DNA of 62,892 bases, filler included, from Octopus bimaculoides (taxonomy: Eukaryota): NCBI RefSeq assembly GCF_001194135.2. It is 4 parts of 4 records of this genome, joined end to end, with 100 filler letters (N's around TTAATTAATTAA, not from the genome) between each part and the next. Parts side by side here need not be neighbours in the genome. Positions count along the whole stretch, not along the records: positions 41,631 to 55,072 come from NC_069002.1; positions 55,173 to 62,892 come from NC_068983.1; 2 more parts are not named here. One strand, given 5' to 3'. The notes under the pieces were generated by a model. It was not told the DNA's origin. It ran no database searches and saw only the letters and a program-made list of their open reading frames with translations. Below are positions 50,401 to 62,892 of the stretch, piece by piece. The translations under genes and the position numbers were made by a program. The number at the start of each line of letters is the position of its first letter. The stretch's first letter is position 1.

Positions 50401-51711
50401 CACCTTTACAGAAGATCGTTTAGAAAGTAAAAAGGAAATAAATCCAAGTGATTTGCGAGAATTTCTTTCAAAGAAAACTAAATTGTAATGAGATAACAAG
50501 AAAAAATATATAACAAATAATAGAAAGGAAGAATAGCTTTGATTGTTATCAGAGTTTTATCATTATTTAGAGCAAGACGACATTTTTCCCCCTTCTGGCG
50601 TTCTTGTATAAAAACAAATCAAAGAAGTGCTTATCTATATTGCTCCTATCACCTCAGTGAACGAGAAATTTCTATTTCAATAAGATTCTACTATTTTGTC
50701 TCATATCATCTAGACTAATTAACTATATGTTGTTCTTCGCAACTCGTAGCTATCAACTCTCCCAATTTCAAGCAAAAGACTTTAAACCTTCAACCCTTTG
50801 ACCTTTCAACAGTTCAACCATTCTTAACAAACGAACAGTAAACAATAATAACACAAAACAGTCAGAACAATCGAAAATTGATCCTTCATCATCCGTGCCG
50901 CATGGACGCCTGGTAGTTTTGACACTTTGGGATAGAACACCTGACTTAATAACGTCAGTGAGCTGTTGAATAAGGCTGTCCAGTAATTAATAAAGGGAAA
51001 ACGATACACAAACACAGGAGAAATATAGAGTGAGTGGAGCCTTATCCGTTCTTCTAAAGTAGAATTTCTAGTATGGAAAACTACTGCTCTTCTCTTGAAT
51101 ATCGTCTTCACGATCAGATACCATTGCTATTAAAATTAGTTATGCTCTTCTTCACCAGTACTGCCTTCCTATAATGCTTCCCTCGCATACGATGATCATC
51201 ATTGCCCTTTCACTCTTACCTCTTACCCAGCTATATCCTATCTCACGATCTGCAACGGCTCGACCAGTCCGAACGTGGCACCCAACATGTACCGCTCACA
51301 CCTCTACCACTTTGACTACAGTAATGGTGGTAGACAGCTTCCAGTAACCTCTAATGCCAACAAAAAGAACTAGAAAAGGAACACCTATGTGGTACATGAA
51401 GTTACTAGAAATAACAACCGAATCTCTTAACGATGTTCGAGAGTAATGTGATCTCTGAAACACTGAACGCTGGAAAAAAATGCAAGATGGTCGTTTGTGG
51501 AATTCCCTGGGTCTTCTTTATCAGAACTAGCTTGGCATTAAGCACCACAACAATAACAACAGCATCAACAACAGCAAACAACAATAACAACGACACAGAG
51601 AATCCTATAGTCCTAGATACAGTATACCTTAATAAATAAGAGAGGATGTTAGTGGTACAATGCTCCTTTGAGTCTGACCTGGGGTTATACAACGATAACA
51701 ATCACACTCAT

Positions 51712-51751
<40 letters not shown>

Positions 51752-54225
51752 AAAGGCATACCCACATCTTACACAACAACCATTGCTCTAGATATGCTGT
51801 ATCTAGTCGGGGAGGCACATCTATGACCGAATATCTTTATCTTTCAACTTTGCCTGTAAAAGCAACAGTAACATCCACCCCTAGGGGTCAGCCACACTTA
51901 AGTGGCAATATACTACACTTTATCGTGCAGTTACTGTTAATACTTCATTTAGAGAATTAACATTGCTTGTTTTCACCTTTTCGATATCAGTGAAGAATTT
52001 CACTTGAAAAGAAGATATAAGATTGCCAGGTTTTTGTCTCTCTCANNNNNNNNNNNNNNNNNNNNNNNNNNNNNNNNNNNNNNNNNNNNNNNNNNNNNNN
52101 NNNNNNNNNNNNNNNNNNNNNNNNNNNNNNNNNNNNNNNNNNNNNNNNNNNNNNNNNNNNNNNNNNNNNNNNNNNNNNNNNNNNNNNNNNNNNNNNNNNN
52201 NNNNNNNNNNNNNNNNNNNNNNNNNNNNNNNNNNNNNNNNNNNNNNNNNNNNNNNNNNNNNNNNNNNNNNNNNNNNNNNNNNNNNNNNNNNNNNNNNNNN
52301 NNNNNNNNNNNNNNNNNNNNNNNNNNNNNNNNNNNNNNNNNNNNNNNNNNNNNNNNNNNNNNNNNNNNNNNNNNNNNNNNNNNNNNNNNNNNNNNNNNNN
52401 NNNNNNNNNNNNNNNNNNNNNNNNNNNNNNNNNNNNNNNNNNNNNNNNNNNNNNNNNNNNNNNNNNNNNNNNNNNNNNNNNNNNNNNNNNNNNNNNNNNN
52501 NNNNNNNNNNNNNNNNNNNNNNNNNNNNNNNNNNNNNNNNNNNNNNNNNNNNNNNNNNNNNNNNNNNNNNNNNNNNNNNNNNNNNNNNNNNNNNNNNNNN
52601 NNNNNNNNNNNNNNNNNNNNNNNNNNNNNNNNNNNNNNNNNNNNNNNNNNNNNNNNNNNNNNNNNNNNNNNNNNNNNNNNNNNNNNNNNNNNNNNNNNNN
52701 NNNNNNNNNNNNNNNNNNNNNNNNNNNNNNNNNNNNNNNNNNNNNNNNNNNNNNNNNNNNNNNNNNNNNNNNNNNNNNNNNNNNNNNNNNNNNNNNNNNN
52801 NTATATATACATATATGTATATATATATGCAATATATATATTGTGATTCTTTTCCTTCGGATCTCTTTATGTAGACACCCACACATATATTTCCCTTATT
52901 CCATATACGAATGAATATACATGTGATTGCATATATACACTTATTTTTATATATGTGTGTATCTATGTACGGCTATGTATCCATGCATATATGTGTGTAC
53001 GTATGTATGTATGCATACATTTGTGTACGCATACGAGTATGTGTGTAGGTGCATTCTTTGTACAAGCAATAATAGATTAGCGATGATATCCAAAGTCTAA
53101 AAATGGTAATTCTCTGGTGGGCAGCAGGTTGGTGAAATAAATGAAATATAGAATGTTGGAATCATTGATTACAACTCTCCAAAGAGTGAAACACTATCTG
53201 TGTTCGTTTCAAAAGATAGACTATATGTGTGTGTGTGTACACATATATATTTATACATATCTATACATATGTGTATATATACATACACACATACATTTAT
53301 ATATNNNNNNNNNNNNNNNNNNNNNNNNNNNNNNNNNNNNNNNNNNNNNNNNNNNNNNNNNNNNNNNNNNNNNNNNNNNNNNNNNNNNNNNNNNNNNNNN
53401 NNNNNNNNNNNNNNNNNNNNNNNNNNNNNNNNNNNNNNNNNNNNNNNNNNNNNNNNNNNNNNNNNNNNNNNNNNNNNNNNNNNNNNNNNNNNNNNNNNNN
53501 NNNNNNNNNNNNNNNNNNNNNNNNNNNNNNNNNNNNNNNNNNNNNNNNNNNNNNNNNNNNNNNNNNNNNNNNNNNNNNNNNNNNNNNNNNNNNNNNNNNN
53601 NNNNNNNNNNNNNNNNNNNNNNNNNNNNNNNNNNNNNNNNNNNNNNNNNNNNNNNNNNNNNNNNNNNNNNNNNNNNNNNNNNNNNNNNNNNNNNNNNNNN
53701 NNNNNNNNNNNNNNNNNNNNNNNNNNNNNNNNNNNNNNNNNNNNNNNNNNNNNNNNNNNNNNNNNNNNNNNNNNNNNNNNNNNNNNNNNNNNNNNNNNNN
53801 NNNNNNNNNNNNNNNNNNNNNNNNNNNNNNNNNNNNNNNNNNNNNNNNNNNNNNNNNNNNNNNNNNNNNNNNNNNNNNNNNNNNNNNNNNNNNNNNNNNN
53901 NNNNNNNNNNNNNNNNNNNNNNNNNNNNNNNNNNNNNNNNNNNNNNNNNNNNNNNNNNNNNNNNNNNNNNNNNNNNNNNNNNNNNNNNNNNNNNNNNNNN
54001 NNNNNNNNNNNNNNNNNNNNNNNNNNNNNNNNNNNNNNNNNNNNNNNNNNNNNNNNNNNNNNNNNNNNNNNNNNNNNNNNNNNNNNNNNNNNNNNNNNNN
54101 NNNNNNNNNNNNNNNNNNNNNNNNNNNNNNNNNNNNNNNNNNNNNNNNNNNNNNNNNNNNNNNNNNNNNNNNNNNNNNNNNNNNNNNNNNNNNNNNNNNN
54201 NNNNNNNNNNNNNNNNNNNNNNNNN

Positions 54226-54259
<34 letters not shown>

Positions 54260-54748
54260 TATATATATATAATTACCAGCATTATTATTATAGTTTTATT
54301 CTTGTTGTTGTTGTTGTTATTGTCATTATCATTATCATCATATATAGGCACATAAAACTATTTTTGGCGGCCAGGATATCAGAGACGACATTGACCAATG
54401 TAAATAGAGGCTAAAGATAGCTGCTGGTTTTGATATTTCTCTTTTCTATTCTTCCCACTCTTTACATTTAATGTTTAACTGTAATGACTACACATATTAG
54501 ACACCAAATTACTGCCGTTGTTCTTGTTGTTATTGTTGTTGTTATTAATGATGGTTAGCTCTGGTCGTGGTTGTTAGATAAAGTGTTGTTGGCGTTGCTG
54601 CACCACATGATCACGATGGTTTTGTTGCCTGGCACTTTGAGCGCTTGTGAGGATGAGAGATCAATTTCTGAGGAAATCAATAAGATACTTTGGTAATTAT
54701 AAGTGGAGTGTCCGTCGCCACGCCTACAGCAGACTAGATAGACAGATC

Positions 54749-54808
<60 letters not shown>

Positions 54809-55172
54809 CATACATACATACATACGTAATACATACATACATACATACTTACATACATACCTACATATAAACAGACAGATATTCATACATACAGACAGAC
54901 ATCCATACATACATACATACATACATACATACATACATGTATACATACATACATACATACATACATACACACATAGACAGACGGACAGAGAGACAGACAC
55001 ATACCTAGATAGAATGCCTATGGCATATGTACTATGTGTGTGCATATACATAAATGTATGTGTATTTGCATANNNNNNNNNNNNNNNNNNNNNNNNNNNN
55101 NNNNNNNNNNNNNNNNTTAATTAATTAANNNNNNNNNNNNNNNNNNNNNNNNNNNNNNNNNNNNNNNNNNNN

Positions 55173-55380
55173 GCTGATAGTTAGCAAGGTGAGACACACA
55201 TAAGAAAGAAGGAAACAAAGGACCACTGATGAGGTCACAGAAGTGTGACGAAAGAACTCTGGCCGAAATAAGATTAAGATTAAGATTAATGTAATATAAA
55301 GCTGAAAAAAAAAAATTAACACCAAATATACAGTGCGTGTGTTTTTATTGGCTAAACTGGCAATATGACCATCCCCAAGT

Positions 55381-55390
<10 letters not shown>
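55173..55390 (+). repeat. Dispersed repeat (PLE pLTR-like), copy 2
   Basis: Aligns with the reverse complement of 14432-14635. Confidence 0.8.
55220..55264 (+). ncRNA. Minimal type I hammerhead ribozyme motif
   Basis: GG(A)CCA-CTGATGA-G-GTCACA(GAAG)TGTGAC-GAAA-G(AA)C-TC-TGGCC. Confidence 0.6.
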
Positions 55391-55412
<22 letters not shown>

Positions 55413-55470
55413 GCATATATATATATATACAGATATATAAGACGGGATCTTTTTTAATACCGTGTAATAA

Positions 55471-55596
55471 ATTCACACGCAAGACTTTGGTCGGTGCGAG
55501 TAGAAGACACCAGTAGAAGACGCCACGTAATGGGAACGGAACCCGGAAACATGTGGTTGGAAAGCCAGTTTCGTAACACGCAGTCAGGCCTGCGTA
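55471..55596 (-). mobile_element. tRNA-derived SINE 5' part (left of head-to-head pair)
   Basis: ACGCAGGCCTGACTGCGTGTTACGAAAC...CAACCACATGTTTCCGGGTTCCG. Confidence 0.7.
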
Positions 55597-55616
55597 TATA
55601 TGCACATACACACATA

Positions 55617-55720
55617 TGTGCTTAGGCGTGACTGCGTGATACGAAGCTTACTTTCCAACCGCTTTTTTCCGGGTTTAGTTCCACTGCGTGGCATCTTGGT
55701 CAGGTGTCTTCTACTATACC
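55617..55720 (+). mobile_element. tRNA-derived SINE 5' part (right of head-to-head pair)
   Basis: AGGCGTGACTGCGTGATACGAAGC...CCGGGTTTAGTTCCACTGCGTGGCATCTTGG...TCTTCTACTATA. Confidence 0.75.
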
Positions 55721-55730
55721 CAACTATAGG

Positions 55731-56049
55731 ACAAGAGAAAGAAAATGGAAAATCAGGACAAGTAACACAAAGAACGACCCTTCATTAAATGTCGATTGTC
55801 TAAGTACTCCTCATTTCGAGTATTCAACGACAACATGAATCTTCGAAGACAGTTGGTCCCATAACGTCCACAGTTTCTACAACTTTGACCCTCCAGAAAT
55901 CTAACATTTTATTTTGGAAGTTATGGGACCAACTGTCTTCGAAGACTCACCTTGTCGTTAAATAATCGAAATGAGAAGATAGGCAGCCGAAACCTGATGA
56001 AAGGTCGGTCTGTGTGCTACTTTTCCTGTTTTCCATTTTTTACTCTTGT
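55731..56049. repeat. Inverted repeat, ~130-bp arms, 54-nt spacer
   Basis: 55731-55865 vs 55920-56049; inner 29 bp match 28/29, outer part roughly 75-80% by eye. Confidence 0.85.
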
Positions 56050-56117
56050 TGTTTGCATATTTAACTCGTTTGTTTTCCTACTCCATGACGTTTACAATTG
56101 GTGACGTCCTGTACATA

Positions 56118-56149
<32 letters not shown>

Positions 56150-56178
56150 NNNNNNNNNNNNNNNATATATTATATATA

Positions 56179-56926
56179 ACGTTGACCACTAACGTGGACA
56201 ATTAATGTGCTAGAAATAGATCACATCTTGTGTCTATTAAGACCTAAATTGTTCTCAACATGAAATATAGCAGCATACCAAAACGTATGCGGGCAAGACA
56301 TTTAAAATCACCTAAAAAAACACATTATTAAACAGGGACCGGTTTCGGATTTAACGAATCTTACCGATTGTCTATTCCTCTTCAGCCTGATTCGTAATGT
56401 AACCGCAATCATCAGAATCGTATACAAAGTTGCCCACCGCCATGAGTGCGCGTGTATATGGTTCTACTAATTACAGCTTAATGGTAAAATTCAAAAGTCT
56501 TCGTTTTGGCGCGCTAATTCCAGGAATATATCTGCAGAAAATATTTACTGCGTCGTATATGTTCAGTATGAGAATTTGGTAATGGGTAATACATTATTAT
56601 AAAATATGGTAATAATTCATATATTAATTGATATCGATTAATTACCAGGAGGCCAGCACATCTAAAGAATCAAAGAGATTCAGAAATAGTATCTGCAATC
56701 TCAGTTGAGAACAATTTAGGTCTTAATANNNNNNNNNNTAGTATCTGCAATCTCAGTTGAGAACAATTTAGGTCTTAATAGACACAAGATGTGATCTATA
56801 TCTAGCACATTAATTGTCCACGTTAGTGGTCAACGTCATATATAAAAATGTTCCTTAATCCCCTGAGATAGCAGATACTATTTCTGAATCTCTTTGATTC
56901 TTTAGATGTGCTGGCCTCCTGGTAAT
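56179..56926. repeat. Interleaved inverted duplications A..B A'..B'
   Basis: A 56179-56259 / A' 56756-56836 (80/81); B 56641-56704 / B' 56863-56926 (63/64). Confidence 0.85.
56333..56389 (-). ncRNA. Type I hammerhead ribozyme motif with palindromic ACCGGT stem III
   Basis: CAGG-CTGAAGA-GGA...TCC-GAAA-CCGG-TC-CCTG; G10.1-C11.1 intact; GUC triplet. Confidence 0.72.
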
Positions 56927-56984
56927 AGTGATCCCAAAGGTGCGCGTGTTTGTGAGAGAGTATGTATGTGCGGGTGAAAGAGGG

Positions 56985-57995
56985 CTGGTCGTTAATATAA
57001 CGGCCATATAGTTCGGGAGTGGGACCAGTGAAACTGGAGAATATTTGGGCTTCAGCATAGCCAACGAACAGTTTCGCATAGTTGGGGCCCATTCTCGTTC
57101 CCATGGCCACTCCCGACGATGCTGGTAGGAATCGACCGCGAACAAGAAGCAATTGAGTGAGAGGATAAGTTCAACCAGACGAACGAGTGTGGAGATGTCG
57201 GGTTGGAGGTTGGGTCGGAGGTCAAGGAAATATTTGAGTGCACACAGCCCCTCGTGGTGAGGGATCACCGTGTAGAGGTCTGGATGTCGAGAGTGAAGAG
57301 AAGTTCAGAGGGGGCAGACAGGAAGGTAAAAGAGTTGAACGAACGGGGCACGTGGTTGGTGCCATGGATGTGAGATGTGAGAAGCCACTAGGGGGCAAGG
57401 ACACGGTCAAGATATTTGGAGATAAGCTCGGTGGGGAAGTTACAGGTGGATATGATGTGCGGCCAGGGTTGTTAGGTTTGTGGAATGGTAGGGTTGCGGA
57501 GGCTGTGGACAATGAGGTTGGAGGCGGTGGTGGGGAGATGGGAGGAGAAGATGCGGTCATTGATAGTGGAGGACACAGTCTGTTGGTAGCTGTGCGTGGG
57601 ATCAGAGGGCAGATGGCAGTAGGAGCTGACTTGAAGTTGGCAGAGAGCTTCGGCCTTGTGGAGCTACGCGCGACATAGCACCACGGCTCCACACTCGTCG
57701 GCCGGTTTTATAATGATGTTAGCGCGGCATCGGATAGATCGAAGGGACGCCTGATGAAGTTAAACCGGTCCACAGCGCTCTGGCAGGCGCCCTATAAAAA
57801 TCAACTGCTTGGAACTGGCCGGGAGTAGGTGTCCACTGTGATGGTCGGTGGCCCAGGTCGGTGAAGCAGTCCTCCTCGTTAGATGCGTGTGGAATGTTGC
57901 GGAAAAGCGCACACAACCTAAGACGGCGCACACAGTTGTAGATATTAGCACGAGTCCGACAAGTAGCACTCGGCACAAATTCGTGGTTATCTACA
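56985..57995 (-). mobile_element. Penelope-like (Neptune-like) RT fragment
   Basis: IKPAD..GAVV, LYLLP..HKPNNPGR, LYT.IPHHEGL, GVAMGTRMGPNYA, YGRYIND, then truncated; several frameshifts. Confidence 0.9.
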
Positions 57996-59014
57996 CTCAC
58001 TAACTGAAGAGTAAACGGATTTTAAGTCATCTGGTCAAGGAAGCATAGGTATATCACTACGGATAAAACTTATGTATGCATTTCAAACTTTTCTGTTACG
58101 TATAATAAATGAAAAATACGAAATTTCTTTTCAATTGTAATTGTACTAATGCGTTTCTAACGACTTTCCATGCATCTGATTGTGTGTGAAAAATGTCATT
58201 ATATGCCTATGTCGGAGTGACGCTTTATCAAACAAGCTGTAAATCGTTTCATTCTGCGTTATGCAATGAATATATATTCGGTGTTTCTTTATACAGGGAG
58301 GAAACAGAACAACGAAGAGAAAAATTGTAATAAGGGAAAAATATGAAAATATAATATTGATAACAATAACAGCAGCAGCAACTGCAGCAACAACGACGTC
58401 GACGACCACATCAACAATAACGGCAACAACAGCAATAACAATAATAATAATAACTAGGTGGATCCATGAAAACTTCGCGGAAAATATAAAAATTATAAAC
58501 ATCTGTAAATAGTGACTTCATTTAATAACTATCGAATAATTATGTATACGAAGGACCCTTGGTAGTTGTATGAAATATAAAAATCTAAGCATATTTAAAC
58601 AGTGACCATATATAAATAATTACGTATAATTTTTGTTATTTTTGTGTTTTACAACTAATGATCATAAATGTTTATACAATGTTATTTGATATTTTATAAA
58701 TCGACAGTTGATATAAATAGACATTGCACAATGGTCACTTTCACATCCTGAGGAGGTGTGAGCATTGATTTTTATTTTATCTCGTACCACCTGTAGTCCA
58801 GGAGATTTGAGCTTTGACGTCTTTTGTTTTTAACTGGTACGACCTTTAGTCAGTGATTTCCTATCTCTCTCTGTAAGTTTTCCTTTTCTGGTAACAAGCT
58901 TGAATGTTACGTCGAAAAGGAAGCGTTTTCCAGCGTTTTCCGAATGATGATCTGAGAATGATGGTCTGAGAATAGTTCCATTCTCTTTCACTATTATTCT
59001 CTATCCACATTTCC

Positions 59015-59105
59015 CTTCAACTGTAGAGAAGTAACATTGATATCCACAGCCATTTTCTGAGAGAAAGATAGACAGAGAGAGGTAGACACAGAATAACTGT
59101 CAAAT

Positions 59106-59183
<78 letters not shown>

Positions 59184-59709
59184 AGGTAGGTAGATAGATA
59201 AAGAGAGAAAGATGCAACATTTCTTTTTGCAATTTCTATATTTTCAACTGCTTTATCATATAAAGTCGAAAACGAAATGATACGACATGATAACGTTTTT
59301 ATTGTCTTTCGCTATTATTTTGTATCCACTCCCTTTCTTCACTCAATTTATGTGTCTTACTTTCCCTCTTCCTCCTCTCTCTCTTTTCCACTGCCTCCCC
59401 TCTCCATCCTCTGTGTCTCCTTAACTGTCACCCATCCTTCTGCGTTTATAGCGTTATCTATCCTCTCTATTTCCTCCTCCTTCCGCTGTCTCTCCTCGAT
59501 GTCTCCTTGCATCTCACCCATCTTCCTGCGGTATGAAAATTGAAAGTAACATCCAATATTTGCTGTGGTGATTTATCCTTGACTTAAAAACGTGTCGATG
59601 TTTCTACTTTTCTTTCAATGTATGTATCTGACTACTGTGGAAATACTGGTAAACATTTAAAAACACAAAACGAACGCCACCTTCCTTTCAGTCACCAGTC
59701 ACTCTCTAT

Positions 59710-59751
<42 letters not shown>

Positions 59752-59761
59752 NNNNNNNNNN

Positions 59762-59806
<45 letters not shown>

Positions 59807-60980
59807 CTGTCACTCCATCTCTGACACTCATCTCACACGCTTTGGCACTCAATTCAACTACACTTCCTCTGCTTAACATCATTTATTTGTCATTTGCTTT
59901 GTACCTCTCCTTTCAACTGTAGAGAAGTAACATAAATATCCACAGCTATTTACTGAGAGAGACAAATAAAGGGAGAGAGAGAATATGTGAGGAAAATTGG
60001 CAGACAAACAAAATAACTGTCCGTTAGATAGATAGATAGATAGATAGATAGATACATTTCTTTTATTAACCACACAGGGCTCAACGAAGATGGGACAAAT
60101 ACAATGTAGAGCTTTTCTTTTTGGGAGGGGGAAGGGAAAAAAGGGGGGGTCGATCAAAAGGGATCGTAGGAAGGNNNNNNNNNNNNNNNNNNNNNNNNNN
60201 NNNNNNNNNNNNNNNNNNNNNNNNNNNNNNNNNNNNNNNNNNNNNNNNNNNNNNNNNNNNNNNNNNNNNNNNNNNNNNNNNNNNNNNNNNNNNNNNNNNN
60301 NNNNNNNNNNNNNNNNNNNNNNNNNNNNNNNNNNNNNNNNNNNNNNNTTTTTTTTAGTTCATAGGGTTATGCTCAAGATGGCTCCGTCGTTCACACGTGC
60401 CATCCTTGCTACATTCACCCATCTTTTTTTGAAGCATTCACTAGACAAGACTTCCCTTTCTACTCTCACCTTCCTCTTCAGGTGATAGATAGATAGATAG
60501 ATAGGTAGGTAGGTAGGTAGGTAGGTAGGTAGGTAGGCAGGCAGGCAGGTAGGTAGGTAGGTAGGTAGCTAGCTAGCTAGCTAGCTAGATATATAGATAG
60601 GCAACATTTGCTTTTACAATTTCCTTATTTTCAACTCCTTTATCATTAATCGTCAAAAGCGAAAGTTGTCCAGCAGTGTGTCTATGACGACGGTTTTATT
60701 GTCTATCACTGTTTTTCTATATCCACACCATTATTTCATTCAATCTAACTCACACTCTACCAACTCTCTCCCCCTCTTTCTTTCCCTCTCACTCTCTCTC
60801 TTCCGCCTCCATCACCTCTCCCTTCTTTGTGTTTCCCTGCCTCTCACCCATCACCCTGCGTTCAACGCGTTTCATTTGTGTTACCTGTCAACGCAAGGAA
60901 TCTCTTCTCTCATTCCCTGTCTGTCTCTTCTTTTTGTCGTTTTGCCTCTTACCTCAGCTCCACTTCCTCTAACAACATTT
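59015..60980 (+). repeat. Old local duplication of two blocks around microsatellites
   Basis: TTCAACTGTAGAGAAGTAACAT..ATATCCACAGC at about 59016 and 59911; CAACATTT..TTTT.CAATTTC..TATTTTCAACT at about 59215 and 60602, with continuing homology. Confidence 0.7.
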
Positions 60981-61077
60981 ATTTCTCTCTCCTTTTACCG
61001 CTTCCTTTGAAGTAAGCGTGACACACACCACAGGTACGTACGTATGTATTAGTATATTAGCATATTGCTATTTGGGA

Positions 61078-61091
61078 TAATAATAATAACG

Positions 61092-61146
<55 letters not shown>

Positions 61147-61160
61147 TAATAATAATAACA
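61078..61160. repeat. (TAA)n array
   Basis: Direct reading. Confidence 0.95.
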
Positions 61161-61162
61161 AT

Positions 61163-62330
61163 ATTTTTGTTTATTGTCCGCAAGGGCCGAAAATGAAAAA
61201 GGAACAACACAATGCGAGGGGCAAACAGAGTTTAACCCAAACATATTGGTAAACTATAAAACAATAACAATTTACAAAATTTAAGCAATAAAACCCCCCA
61301 AATATGGGAGTTTGTCGCAAGGGCAACTGAGGAATCCCACATCTTAGTAACTCGGACCACCAAAGACACCCGCATTCACACAAGTTTCAAGAAAAACAGC
61401 AGGAAGCCGTGCTTCCTTCTCCACTCTAACATTTGCTTTTATGAACGAGGTCTATGTGGTCTCCAGTCCTTTCAGTATCATCTACCACGTTAGCATTTTC
61501 TCTATAGCCACCAGACAGAAGAGAATTGCATTCACTTACCACTCAGAAGAAATAGGCAGGCGATTCTCACGTTGATCTCGGATGATAACCGGATTCACCC
61601 TACACTTGACAAAGCTCCACAGGTCAGCTGTGCCCGGACACTGGAAGAGGGCACGTAGGACGGTTTCATTGCCCTGCGCACATGTCGGACAGATCCGTTC
61701 GACAGCACCTTTGTGCTTTTGATGCCTTTAGAGCATGTTTTGAAATCACAGAGCCGCCGCCACCCACACCCTTATAACATTGTCAGGCCATGAATTTCTA
61801 CAAATAATCCCCCAGAAAAGACCAATTAATTGTACCCTCCCAACTTCCAGTGTCGCACGTCTTCGTTTTTGTCCGACACTAATCCCCTACAGACCTCTAA
61901 TATGGATCTTTCACCGATCGCATCACCCGACTGGTAGCGGATATGGAGCGCTTGCCCACACTCCAGTTTGCCAGCGCCGTTTTTCGGTTTATGATTGATC
62001 CTCCGTCAATAGGACGAGTTGCGGAAAATCCTGTCTGACAAGCAGCCGCCACCCCTGTTCACAGTCACAGAAACATTGAACATGTTGCAGACTCAATGCA
62101 TGTTTGCACATCATTAGCCACGACATGACCAGAGCTCCACTCAGCAATTGCTGACAAGAGACAGACCGCCTGGCAAACGGAACAGTCCCTTCCACAGAAA
62201 GTAGAACTGAAGCCTTCCAGATTAATCAGCCACGAATCAGGGTAAGGGAGGACGGTCTGGCGGTAATAGATGAGATAAGTTATTTGTGCATTCCCCAACT
62301 CCACCCGATATTTCAAGGTGAACTCCTCTG
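61163..62330 (-). mobile_element. L1/Tx1-clade LINE 3' fragment
   Basis: FLWKG.VPFARRSV.CQ post-RT motif; C-terminal ICPTCAQGNETVL(R)ALFQCP..ADLW (CCHC with H lost); AATAAA near the 3' end. Confidence 0.75.
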
Positions 62331-62767
62331 CTTTGATTTGATTATTACTACATGAAAGTGACCAACATACAACAGAAAAATATCCTACTTTCAAACAAAT
62401 ATTCCCTTATCCGCATATTGTAGCCTTCAGATCCAATCAAAATTTCAGGCACAATAACAGTAATGCGATGGCACCTGCCGAACATTTTACATCAACCGGC
62501 TGTACTTTTGAGGAACACCTGAAAGTGCACATTCTCAGAAATCATTCTGACTCAACTGTAAATTTCAATCTTCATAATGTATAAGGACAATAAGGACACA
62601 CATCTGAATAACTAACGCCACGCGTTGAAGTGTTCTCTGTAGCGTTTCCTTTCTTCTTTCCCTTTTATGCTTTCCTCGTTACCAGTTAAGAAAAAGAGAA
62701 AACTGGTAATGTCTTAAAAGTAACGCCGAAAATTTCTGTTCGTATTTTTAATTGCTGTAGATCTGTG

Positions 62768-62892
62768 TTTCTTCTTCTTCTTCTTCTTCTTCTTCTTCTT
62801 CTTCTTCTTCTTCTTCTTCTTCTTCTTCTTCTTCTTCTTCTTCTTCTTCTTCTTCTTCTTCTTCTTCTTCTTCTTCTTCTTCTTCTTCTTCT
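62768..62892. repeat. (CTT)n microsatellite running off the window end
   Basis: Direct reading. Confidence 0.97.

Noticed and set aside
54586-54692. Possible plus-strand exon KVLLALLHHMITMVLLPGTLSACEDERSISEEINKIL
   Set aside because: Weak acceptor, no recognisable family, no partner exons; compatible with chance.
62340-62730. Possible PLE endonuclease remnant and TTACCAGTT/AACTGGTAA hairpin as an HHR
   Set aside because: Too decayed; no CUGANGA core.

Overview
AT-rich, microsatellite-laden eukaryotic DNA with about 7 kb of N gaps. The SINE/LINE families resemble cephalopod (Octopus-like) repeats; this is an inference from recalled repeat families, not a database result. No intact protein-coding gene is supportable. 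The window is mostly decayed mobile elements: a Ty3/Gypsy LTR retrotransposon (1-4087, minus), RTE LINEs, at least six Penelope-like (PLE) fragments (Naiad/Chlamys-like, Neptune-like and others), R4/Dong-like RLE LINEs nested in (TAA)n arrays, an L1/Tx1 fragment, hAT, maT-mariner, piggyBac-MITE and Helitron remnants, and tRNA-derived SINEs. The most interesting unexplained structure is a set of minimal hammerhead-ribozyme (HHR) motifs from several unrelated repeat families, repeatedly arranged as inverted pairs or fold-backs. Other notable items are an intact-looking -1 frameshift signal in the Gypsy element, an RTE ORF2 ending in three C2H2-like fingers, and a few weak candidate host exons on the minus strand. 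Several apparent duplications and the TTAATTAATTAA islands are assembly artefacts.
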